This document shows, piece after piece, positions 1-9,511 of a DNA stretch of 64,000 bases; the first letter of the stretch is position 1; each line of letters starts with the position of its first letter. A program made the position numbers and the translations under genes. The stretch is from Coniocarpon cinnabarinum (Eukaryota). Location of the stretch: contig JAVECO010000115.1 in assembly GCA_051942205.1 (NCBI GenBank), positions 1 to 64,000 of the forward strand, given 5' to 3'. The notes under the pieces are model-generated. The model saw only the letters and a program-made list of their open reading frames with translations. It ran no database searches and was not told the origin of the DNA.

Positions 1-29
1 ATTTAAACAAATTTTTTTTTTAAATTTTT

Positions 30-625
30 GTCTCGCCGAACTGCTTGCGACGTTGTCGCCGCACTCGCCGGCGCCGGAGCCACTCCCTCGGAACCCACCA
101 ACCTGGCATAATATGTCAGCAGATCCCAGGGGCCACACTCAGCTTGTTATGGACGCTTTGAGCGAGCGCGGGTGTTTTGGCATCAGCATAAGCCTTCTTC
201 AACAATCCTAATTTGCTAAGGAATACTGGCAAGCAAGAATAGCAGATGTTCGGTGCATTTCCAAGCATTCTCGACATAGGTATGACATGTCTCGAGAGCA
301 GGAGGATGCAATTTAAGATCCCAATCTGCTCGACCGGTAGGCACGCGAAGGCGGACAAGGGTAACAGCAGAAACATACCTATCAAAGGGGTCAGCATTCG
401 TCACCAAATCCAAATTTGCATGAATCTCGCATACCGACAAATCAAACGAACACGGCGACAGCGCCGATCGTTGCCGTAACCGGGCAGGTCCAAAAAAGGA
501 CCATGCCCGGTCCATCGCAGAACTCGGCGAGACGGTAAAACATGTCTAGGACAGCGTTAGTGTGACTGGCAAGCGACTGCACCATGGTGACGCTCACCCT
601 CCGGAGAGGGCGGCCAATGGGCCAT
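30..625 (-). other. Candidate spliced, structured minus-strand transcript (ncRNA or long 5' leader with a 43-aa sORF); may continue off the left edge
   Basis: Three canonical-looking introns on the minus strand: 597-546 GTGAGC..CTAAC..TAG, 434-379 GTATGC..GCTGAC..TAG and 378-103 GTATGT..GCTGAC..CAG. Inverted repeats at 30-39/524-533 (10/10) and 51-61/453-463 (10/11). Hairpins at 479-511 and 241-330. Confidence 0.4.
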
Positions 626-919
626 GGTTAATAATAGTGTTCGGGTAGGATGAAAGGAGTGACTATTAGAACCGATGACCCTGAACGGGAAAGAGAAACA
701 GCCAGACGCTGAGCTTTGGCAAAACCAGTATACAGCATGGCAACGTCTAGACAGCAAATACGCAACCAGCAAAACACAGCAATCACATCCATACCATACC
801 ATCTAGCAAGAATAACTTCGGGAATAAATTGCTGAAACTCAACGGCGACGAATGCCAGCCCTTGGCATTGCATCGAAATTACTAAAACAAATCCTAAATC
901 CCAAATCCCCACAAAATCC

Positions 920-3900
920 CTATGACTGATCCATAACATTGACAACCTGCCTCCTCTTCCCCTTTTTCGCAGTGCCCCCTCTTCGACCACCAGGCTGCAA
1001 CAAGTCATCAATGACTCCATTACTAGCATTGCTCATGCTCATTGGCGGCCTCGACGGCGGGTTACTAGGCGGTCCCGCACCGCCCAACGACGGTGGTCCG
1101 CCCGTTGCGACTCCAGGAGGAGCCTCACCACCACTTCCATTGCTCGCATCGCTCCTAGCAGGTGTCGCGCTTCGACTCGGCGGACCCAGCGATGGATTGC
1201 TAGTGGGACCCGGCGGCTTGGGCGCCGCCTTGGGCGGTGGAGGTGTTCCCGCGGTACTGCTCTGCTCGCTCGCAGGTGCCTTCTTGTTAACCCATCGCTT
1301 GAGATCAGGATCAAAGTAGAAGCTGTTCTCTTCGCCCAGCTTAGCTTTGTGCACAGTAGGCGCATTCGGGTCTTTCTTGCCGCCAAACCACCCGCCAAAC
1401 CAGCCCGAAGCTTTCCGCGCTTCTTTCTCTTTGCGGTCACGTTCGGCGTCGGCTTCAGCTGCGAGGCGGACGGCTTCAGAGGGTGCGCGCGTACCAGACG
1501 GCTGCGAGGGTTGTAACTTCAGGCGTGCGGCGCGAGACGTCAGGTCGTCATTGTCGTCAGCGTCCAGCATGGATCGTTGCTTGTTGGGCTTTGCGGATGG
1601 TGGCGGAGAGTCGTCTTGAGGCTCGTAGGGAACGTAGCCGGTGTCTCCTCCTGGTGGTGCGTAGCCTCCACTTCCAGGGGGCTCGTAGCCACTGCCAGCT
1701 GCTGGAGAGTAGCCGTTGACGGGGCCATTCGCGTATCCATTTTCATGCTGCGGCGCGGACGACTCTTCCTCGATAGCGGGCATGTCCTCGTGAGGTACGC
1801 CATGCGAAGATGTTGCGCGATCAGAGAAGGTGGTCGAGGGTGATCCATATGGCGGGTCAAGTCCGGGATGGTGGAGGATTGGTGGATCGTAAGAGGAGGA
1901 TGTAATCGAAGCCGTGTCGGAGATGCCAAGATGGTTATTGTTGGAATGATAGGGATTGTACATTGGGACAGAGGGCGACTGGCCAAAGGTATCAGACGTG
2001 GTGGGTGGCGAGGTGTAGTTCGAAGGTTTCGGTATATCACGCGGTGCAGAGGGTTCAACGTTTGGTTGATATGAGGATGGTTGATATGCATTGTTTGAAG
2101 CTGATGCTTCTGCGGTCGCAAGCTTAGGGGCAGGAACATGGCTCGGCGCGTACCTCGAGTTGGCTCCGGGGGGTGGCATAGAGGGCGGTGCTCCCATGGG
2201 CGTGAAAGCGGATAAGTCAGCGTGAGAAGCATTGCGACTGATCGTCGGCGTTCCGACGGGCATTCTGGCGAATGGACCAGCTTCACTTTCCGATTGTGGA
2301 CCAGATCCATTTGATGCAGCATCATCATCGCCTGCGACGAAGCTGTTGAACCTTGCCCATACACTGCCGGAGACCTTGCCGACTGCTGGCTTCGAAATCC
2401 AGGACGAGCTGTCCTTTGGAGTCTGCGACAATCGCTGATTCAGATCTTCAAGACGCAGGATCAAAGCCGGATGGTAGTATGGGGAGGGTCGAGTCATCGA
2501 CTTGATGGCGGTGCTGATGGCGTCACAATACTGAGAACCTTCGCTTCTCAAGCCGGCGTCGGCTAGCATATGAGCGTGATGTAGCTTATATGCTTGAAGG
2601 TGCGGAATGTACTGCGTGCCGGCATTCGGTCGCAGCGAGAGTCCAAACTCGTACACTTCGGTCAACAACATGGCGTCGATGTCTTGCCCACCAGTTCTAG
2701 CAACATCTGCACCAAGTAGCGAGAAATGCGCCTCACTGTCATCCAGGCCACCAAGATGCACTATTGACGGAGCGAACAGGAAGCAAATGTGCGCGGCTTC
2801 TGTTCGACCATAGTCCCGGAGCAGCTTTCCAAGCGCGACTATCCCAAGCTCGTCCTGTGGACTGCGGTTGCTGACTATTAGACTGAGAGTCTCCTGCCAT
2901 TTGTTCAACCCTTCAACGGTATTTTGTCCTTGAACACCTGAATCTGCCGTAGGCATCATTTGGAACCCAGCCCGGGCCGAAGCTGGGACAAGCTCGTCAA
3001 TGCTTTCATCAAAATTCTGCGCCATAACCGAATATAGAGCTGCAAGAGACTTTCGGTCGGAGCTAGAATTTCGAACTTCACTTCGCACAAACTCATGGCT
3101 GACTTGCTTCCACAGCGTGCCTTCCGCTGTTGAAGCAATGAGCATGGCGTGACCCCAAAGCTTGTTATCGACGGCATGCCACACGGCCTTTTCACCATCT
3201 CCAGAAAGCAAATGCGCGCGAATCTCAGAAACTGCCAATGGATTTGTTGTGCTAGGTTGCCCGAACGCTGTTGCATTTGATGCGGACCGAGAGTGTCGTC
3301 CAGATATAGGCTCGGCTTGTGGCGGCACTAGAGCTTGTCTTACGGCATTGTCCACTATAGGATTGCCTGAAAGGACGCCATCATGTTCCACGAAGATTCG
3401 CATCAGCTTCCACAATAGCAACCGCTCAGAAAAACGGGCATCCATCGATGTGTCAGCAGAAGCGGACTCCGTTTGCAACGCATCGATGCGGCTTGACAGC
3501 CACACCAAGAGCTCTTTCTTCTTGCTTTTGGATCTGAGAGGTCCAGGAAAGGACGTCAAGCTCTCATCAACCGGCATTCGCTCACGGATCTTTGAAATTC
3601 TGAGGTCACCTGCAGAACTCTTGCAAGCAGGAGCGGTCTGCCCACCGCCAAAACGCAAATCACGCTTCGGGAAATGGGTCACCATTACTGTGCCAGAACT
3701 CCAATGAAGATGTGGTGCGCCTTTCCAGCGCTGCAGTGGGTCCAATTGCTGGCCTGCATCGATTGGCTGCACGAACTCCACGTTGTCCGAAACGCTTGGT
3801 CCACGAGTACGGAATGGTACTGAAGGATGTGCATTTGCCGCCAGAGCAGGTGCTGGAGGTTGCTGTCGAGCAGAGGCAGGTGAGATGACAGGGTGCTCCT

Positions 3901-5875
3901 GCAAAGAGGCTCTCCGATCCTCCGAGGTTGCCTGCGGAGCGTATTTAGAGGCTGACCTTTCGGGACTGGACGTTCGTGGCCGTGTCGGGGTATCAAATTT
4001 AGGTGGAGGCGGCGGTCGCGCTGTCGCTGGTGGTTGGCTCCTGATGCTCTCTGGTGATGAAGTGGCGATAGGCGGCGGAGGGGCTGGCGCCGTATTTGAA
4101 CGGTCCAACGCTGGACGAGAATCCGGTTGAGCTAGAGGGCTCGACGTTCGAGGTGCGAATTTGTGGCCGGTAAGCGATGGCAGAGGACCAGCCAAACTTT
4201 GGTTCAGGGAGTCACTAGGGCTATAATTCACTGAGGGCGAAGGTTGGTCCTCCGAAGCTAAGCCCGTTGTGACTCCAGGTGCTGGTGAGTATCTGGAAGA
4301 CACCTGTCGTGAGGGTGCAGGTACTGAACGTGGTCCCAAGGAAGGTTTCTGGGATAAAGAAGGTCCCGAAATTTGAGCAGCGTCCTTGTGCGGTACAGGG
4401 GGCTGTGGTGCAGTGGGCGCCGGCGAATAGCGCATGTTAGTTGGAGGCACAGAAGAAGTTGGCGCAGCCGAATACCTCGATGACGTTGAGGGAGATGACG
4501 CAGGCGCCGGAGAGTATCGCGGAGTCGCAGAGAGGTGTGTTTGACGGTGGCGAGACTCCGCGGTTGCCTGGCCGGTATAAGTTGGCCCATCTGGAGAAAG
4601 TGTAGGTTGGGGAGGAAAGAGATCAAGTTTCTGAGGTGGCTGCAGGGATCCTATTGACGACGGAGGATTTTGATATGGCGGAGGCCTTTGCTGACCCATG
4701 GGCGGGTTGGCTGGAGCTGGAGGTCGAGCGCCCGATGGAGGAACAATTTGCTGTTTTGATTTTCTTACTCGCTGTGTAACTGGAAGGTCCTCGAAGAATT
4801 TCGTGATATGCTTCTGATCAGGGGCATTGGCTTGGGCTTGAAGCGGCGGAGCTGGCGCAAAAGGTGAGGTCATCGGTTGTTGAGCCGGCGTTGACGGTGA
4901 AGACAGGAGTGGTGCATATGTCTGCTGCGCTTTTACACCGTCCGGAAAATAGGATGTACTTCTAGCGGACGGCGGTTGTTGAAGTTTGATCGGAACATGT
5001 TCAGATTGTGCAACATCTTCATCTTCATCTTCAAGAAAGCCATCGTCATCATCCTCGAGAAAACCCTCATCATCAAGCCCATCAGCAAAAGCTGAGTCCC
5101 ATGATGGCTCGTCTTTTTTGGTCTCAATAGACCCAAGGGCTTGTGCCCAGGCGTCTTCTTCCTTTGGCTCCTGTTCAGTTTCAGAACGCAGCCAATCATT
5201 GTCCACATCATCAAATCGTACAGCGTCATCCGTAGCTGAGTTTGCTGTCACCTGAGCAGTATCCAGGTCCTCCGCCACCTCTTTCAACGCCTCACCAAAA
5301 TCTGTATCCTTTTCCAAAGCCGGTAGGCCATTCGTTTGTTCTGGATGCATGATCGGCTGCTGGAGCTCTTCAACAGTCTCCGAGGGAGTTTCGGCAATGA
5401 GTTCTGAAGCCATGGTAGGTATAATGGGCGCAGCTTCAGCGGGCATCATCTCTGGCTCCGGCTGGGGCACTTCTTTGGGCTCGAAGGCAGCGTTGAAATC
5501 ATCCATAGCCGAGCGCTGTCGCTGGTGCGAGCCATTCGAGTCTTGTTGCAAATGTTGCGTGCCAGCGAAGGCGGCATCAAAATCAGGGACAGGTTCATGT
5601 TGAGATGTTTGCGATTCCGGCCGCAAGGTGTCCTCCACGTTATCTGGAGCGTTCAGCAGGTCCATTGATGCGTCTGTTGACGTCCTCGACCGACTGAAAC
5701 TTTCATTATTCCGGATGTGATGCGCCGTGTTACTGATACCAGGATTATGGTCAGACTGAACAGGATCAGAAGGTGGTAGGTCGGGCTGCGCTGGTGTAGC
5801 GTCGAGGCCGGAGGCGTCCTTCGTGGACTGCTCCGCTGCGGGCACTGCACTATCGTCTGTCCGCTCGACATCCAT
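920..5875 (-). CDS. SEC16: COPII coat assembly protein Sec16 (1651 aa, intronless)
   Basis: Pro/Ser-rich disordered flanks; central conserved region FPGPLRSKSKKKELLVWL...LLWKLMRIFVEHDG...AVDNKLWGHAMLIAS; C-terminal GWFGGWFGGKK...KAKLGEENSFYFDPDLKRWVNKK typical of fungal Sec16. Confidence 0.95.
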   Translation of the reverse strand: MDVERTDDSAVPAAEQSTKDASGLDATPAQPDLPPSDPVQSDHNPGISNTAHHIRNNESFSRSRTSTDASMDLLNAPDNVEDTLRPESQTSQHEPVPDFDAAFAGTQHLQQDSNGSHQRQRSAMDDFNAAFEPKEVPQPEPEMMPAEAAPIIPTMASELIAETPSETVEELQQPIMHPEQTNGLPALEKDTDFGEALKEVAEDLDTAQVTANSATDDAVRFDDVDNDWLRSETEQEPKEEDAWAQALGSIETKKDEPSWDSAFADGLDDEGFLEDDDDGFLEDEDEDVAQSEHVPIKLQQPPSARSTSYFPDGVKAQQTYAPLLSSPSTPAQQPMTSPFAPAPPLQAQANAPDQKHITKFFEDLPVTQRVRKSKQQIVPPSGARPPAPANPPMGQQRPPPYQNPPSSIGSLQPPQKLDLFPPQPTLSPDGPTYTGQATAESRHRQTHLSATPRYSPAPASSPSTSSRYSAAPTSSVPPTNMRYSPAPTAPQPPVPHKDAAQISGPSLSQKPSLGPRSVPAPSRQVSSRYSPAPGVTTGLASEDQPSPSVNYSPSDSLNQSLAGPLPSLTGHKFAPRTSSPLAQPDSRPALDRSNTAPAPPPPIATSSPESIRSQPPATARPPPPPKFDTPTRPRTSSPERSASKYAPQATSEDRRASLQEHPVISPASARQQPPAPALAANAHPSVPFRTRGPSVSDNVEFVQPIDAGQQLDPLQRWKGAPHLHWSSGTVMVTHFPKRDLRFGGGQTAPACKSSAGDLRISKIRERMPVDESLTSFPGPLRSKSKKKELLVWLSSRIDALQTESASADTSMDARFSERLLLWKLMRIFVEHDGVLSGNPIVDNAVRQALVPPQAEPISGRHSRSASNATAFGQPSTTNPLAVSEIRAHLLSGDGEKAVWHAVDNKLWGHAMLIASTAEGTLWKQVSHEFVRSEVRNSSSDRKSLAALYSVMAQNFDESIDELVPASARAGFQMMPTADSGVQGQNTVEGLNKWQETLSLIVSNRSPQDELGIVALGKLLRDYGRTEAAHICFLFAPSIVHLGGLDDSEAHFSLLGADVARTGGQDIDAMLLTEVYEFGLSLRPNAGTQYIPHLQAYKLHHAHMLADAGLRSEGSQYCDAISTAIKSMTRPSPYYHPALILRLEDLNQRLSQTPKDSSSWISKPAVGKVSGSVWARFNSFVAGDDDAASNGSGPQSESEAGPFARMPVGTPTISRNASHADLSAFTPMGAPPSMPPPGANSRYAPSHVPAPKLATAEASASNNAYQPSSYQPNVEPSAPRDIPKPSNYTSPPTTSDTFGQSPSVPMYNPYHSNNNHLGISDTASITSSSYDPPILHHPGLDPPYGSPSTTFSDRATSSHGVPHEDMPAIEEESSAPQHENGYANGPVNGYSPAAGSGYEPPGSGGYAPPGGDTGYVPYEPQDDSPPPSAKPNKQRSMLDADDNDDLTSRAARLKLQPSQPSGTRAPSEAVRLAAEADAERDRKEKEARKASGWFGGWFGGKKDPNAPTVHKAKLGEENSFYFDPDLKRWVNKKAPASEQSSTAGTPPPPKAAPKPPGPTSNPSLGPPSRSATPARSDASNGSGGEAPPGVATGGPPSLGGAGPPSNPPSRPPMSMSNASNGVIDDLLQPGGRRGGTAKKGKRRQVVNVMDQS

Positions 5876-6838
5876 TGCAAAATTTCGGATGCGGCACCAA
5901 CTCCAGCCAAAGACACGGGCAATATGTCAAGGAGATCCTGAATTTGAATTAGGAAGATAGATAGCAGCCCTACTCCGTACAAATGACGCTCTGACGCGAC
6001 GCTAACGCGAATGTGGATTAAGATGGCGCCGAATCACCACCCTGTCTAAGCTGCCTGGCCTTCCCACAAACAACTTGCTATTCATGCTTCAGCATTCGAT
6101 TAAGTGTACAAACCAAAAGGTCGTGAAATTGCAGCAATCCACAGCGAGTGTGTGTCTGCGGTCATTCTCGAAAGACAGCTCATTGTATCTAGACTATTTT
6201 TGCATGCATTCCCTATTATTGCGCAACCACGCATTGTGAAATGTCTCATCTTTCGTACCTCCCCTTTATTATAGCCTCGATGAAGCTCATATAGTTTGTG
6301 GGCAAGCGACATACGTCTTGACTTGTAATGGCACCGGCGACCTGTCTGTCATTTTTGAACAACACGATTTAGCATCACAATCGAAACCAGCACCTTCTCG
6401 GATTCTTAGACGATGCATGTCAAACATCGCAACCAGTTTTCGTGTAGGACTTCGTCAAGGAAGTGGACATGAACGAGCTATATACTCTATTGTATATTCG
6501 GTGCCAACAGCCGCCACAGTGACACGAAGTTTTCCTCTTTTCTCAAGGATGTAGAGTCTCAAGCTGTGGGCCTTAGCTTTGCCACCTCAGTAGACCAAAG
6601 CTCTGGACGCGCATGCGTATCCATTTCGGAGAAAGGAAGACTTTTGAAAAACGCAATATTAAATTCCTTCGAAGACTAGTGCATACCTCCACGCACCGCG
6701 AGCTTCAAATACGTCTACTCATGCATGTACTAGACCAGTCGAGCTAGGGCCAAAGACTCGCGAGTCCACCAATGCAGCCCTTCACCTGGTATCCAAGCGG
6801 AGCTACACAACCTCTTAGTGCTGACATACTGCAGTAGA

Positions 6839-7300
6839 TTAACCCTTGAGGCATTCCCAGATTGCGGTCGGGGGAAAGAGCCCTGTGGTAACAAATCATT
6901 GGTAATTAACACTAATGCGAGTTGAATGGGAGACTTACAGTGCCACCACTTGCCCCCTCTAGGGCATGCATGCTTTGCAAGGTCTCCACGACTCTCAAGA
7001 GGTAGAATAACGTTGTCTAGAGCAGAACGAGTGGAAATCCTCTAAGGAGGCTTTAGCAGGTGTTGTGACTAAAAGTTTGTCACTTACTGAAGTTATCTCA
7101 GGAGTGTTCACATCTTTTGGTACCAGCGCATGTTGCACCTCCTCAATCTCTCGCCCTTCGCTATCATACTGTTTTCCGTGAGGGGCACTATTGGCCAGCC
7201 TTTGATATCATTGTCAGCAATGTGCAACCACCACTTCGTTGTCCTTTTCCACTTACATGCAAGTCGATGCAGCGGCAACGAGGAATGTTTGGAATCTCAT
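6839..7300 (-). CDS. Small secreted pre-pro-peptide A (100 aa, 4 exons); not in the ORF track
   Basis: gccaccATG at 7300. Exons 7300-7257, 7199-7088, 7041-6939, 6882-6839; all three donors are GTAAGT. Joined: MRFQTFLVAAASTCMLANSAPHGKQYDSEGREIEEVQHALVPKDVNTPEITSRISTRSALDNVILPLESRGDLAKHACPRGGKWWHWLFPPTAIWECLKG*. Signal peptide, LESR site, and paralogy to 7981-8395. The middle intron is short (46 nt) with a weak CTAAA branch site. Confidence 0.8.
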
Positions 7301-7881
7301 GGTGGCTTTGATTGCTAACTCCTTATCAGCACTAGCATTGATACAACACCAGAAGCTATACTCACACTAAAGTAAACTCTAAAGTACTACAGATTGTTAT
7401 AGAGTTTCGACAATGTGCTGTAGTTGTGAAGCGAACAGTTTAGAAAAGGCTCAAGAACAGTACTTATGGTTTTTAGACATAGCAACCCAACAGAATGTAC
7501 CACTGCCTGATGGTGAGTTCTACTTGTAGACGTCAGGGTGATGGCATGCAATGTAGCTGATAAATCATTAACATGGCACTGACGCTTCGTATCGCGCGGA
7601 TCCGTTGACTAACAGGCAAACGGTTTCCTGTTCCCACTATCTCAGAGAGCTGTTGAGCGTTGAAATGTTGAAACAAAGTATCATCCCACGCTTAAAAGCC
7701 TCGGGCATTAGCGTGGAGTCGTTGCGTAATATTTCTGTTGGCAGAATGCGGTCTAAGTTTCCTACTAAGAGCAACTTTCCACTCTGGTCAAAGTAAACTT
7801 GTTGAGAAGCCATCGCCAAGCAGTCGTAGCTATATCACAATTGTACGACTGTGGTTCAGCCAGTTCAACGTAAGTCATTCA

Positions 7882-7890
7882 ATATAAAAG
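7882..7890 (+). promoter_or_regulatory. TATA box of peptide gene B within the 680-bp divergent promoter (7301-7980)
   Basis: ATATAAAAG about 95 bp upstream of ATG 7981, followed by a pyrimidine-rich tract and a catcaaacATG start context. Confidence 0.55.
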
Positions 7891-7980
7891 GTCGTTGACA
7901 CCCTTCCTGACTTTGCCTATCCTCTACACGTTCTTTCCAAAAACTCCCGTAACACGTACATCACACGTCATTCATCAAAC

Positions 7981-8395
7981 ATGAAGCTCTCAAACATTCT
8001 CTTCGCTACATCAGCGATCATTGCGTACGTTGATACTGAAAATGATCCTCATCATTCCCCAACGCAAACACTTCGTGATTCAGTCCTAGAGAAGGTCACT
8101 AACTTGTAATTCCGTAGTGGCGCTACTGCTGGCCCTATCAACTTCGCAGATACAAGACCGGAGCTCAGCGCATCCACGCATAGCAGTGATGGCAACCAGG
8201 CCAAAAATGCCGCAAGCTTCGAAGTATCACCGCGAGATGTAGACAAGGCAGCGAAGTGCCCAACAAAAAAGCAAACCTGGATCTGTGAGGCACTAACCAG
8301 GCAATTTGTATCTTATTGAGACCACACCATACTGACTTGGTGCTGCAGGGTTCCTTTCTCCCGTTTGGGGACTTGGAATGTGTGCGGATCCATGA
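7981..8395 (+). CDS. Small secreted pre-pro-peptide B (85 aa, 3 exons); not in the ORF track
   Basis: Exons 7981-8024, 8118-8284, 8349-8395; introns GTACGT..CTAAC..TAG (93 nt) and GTGAGG..CTGAC..CAG (64 nt). Joined: MKLSNILFATSAIIAGATAGPINFADTRPELSASTHSSDGNQAKNAASFEVSPRDVDKAAKCPTKKQTWIWFLSPVWGLGMCADP*. Signal peptide; both intron positions are shared with gene A. Confidence 0.8.
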
Positions 8396-9511
8396 AGGAA
8401 GTGCTCTGAGTACCAGCGACGCGTAGTGAGGCACTCCGTATACGAACGAATGGTCGTTGGCAAACGTGCAAAGGAACTCAACAGCGCAAAGTGTCAGGCG
8501 CGCGGGTCTGCCATGCAAATCCTAACAAATTGACTTGATACTGGCAAATTACCGCAATGGACTAATCCTTTGGCGTTTCACAATTCTGTTGTGGCTTCCG
8601 CTAATCAGTAGTCGTTCGAGTATTTGAGAGCATAGCTTGAAGCACTCCAACCATGGTTTCCACATGTCCCGAGCCCATGCTCACATCTGTATGCAAGTGC
8701 GTGTTGACACAAGGATGTTGGACGCATTCCTTGTTGAATGACGGACGTCCAGGGTGCACTACCAGGGCATCGCGCTATGTCTGAGCAACTTGCCACCTCC
8801 AACCTCAGCTTTAATGAACGCCTGCATCCTATAAGCAAGGCCTATAAGTGATTCTACTGGTATCGTAGTGGCTATTTCAAAGTCCTATGGTATCGCAGCC
8901 CTAGCTTGCCTGCCCCACCACGTCACAAATCTACTCGATTCGACCTGTGCAACTGTCTCAAAACGCTGGCTGCGCAGATCGACATGTAGATGTCATTTCA
9001 ATCAGAGCACATGATCACAATTCTTATGATGATATCGGCGTGTGCGTAGTTGCGTGCACTGAAGGTTGCCTTAGTGGAGCTTGTACAAGTCCCGAGAGGA
9101 GATCCGTTGTCGCCAGCGCTCGTAGTCGTGCCATGTTCAAGCACACCGACCGCAAGCGAGGACAAGGCATCACACGAGCAAATCGGCCAGGCCTTGAGGG
9201 TATTAGGATTTACCTAGCAAGTGATGCTCAATGCAAGAACTCAACGCAAAATCAATCTTCAAACCGTGCCCTGTTGTGCCCTAAATTTCGGGGCAGGGTT
9301 CCCCCGGACAGCCCTTTGGACCACGCAGGAATTGGCGAGCTCTCCGCAAAATGGTAAGACGTCCAGCAATGCTCAAGGAGCACGTCATTGCGGCACATGC
9401 TCATCCTCCAAATTGCAGGGATGGTCTCGGCTGTCTTCATCATCATGAGTTCCTCGCTCAAAGCCCATACGGGCAGCTTTGCCTGGGCACGCCGTCGCTC
9501 CTGACGAGACC

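Noticed and set aside
22..30. Sm site (AATTTTTG) of a U snRNA or telomerase RNA
   Set aside because: The flanks match no U1/U2/U4/U5 motif and no telomere template is visible; it is more simply part of a poly(dA:dT) tract.
180..340. H/ACA or C/D snoRNA
   Set aside because: One good hairpin and an AGAATA on the plus strand, but no correctly placed ACA box or C-box/D-box pair on either strand.
8301..8426. Alternative 3' ends for peptide gene B (donor at 8301 GC or 8308 GT, or no splicing)
   Set aside because: The donor at 8285 (GTGAGG, 64-nt intron) is closer to consensus and reproduces the intron position and Cys spacing of paralog A.
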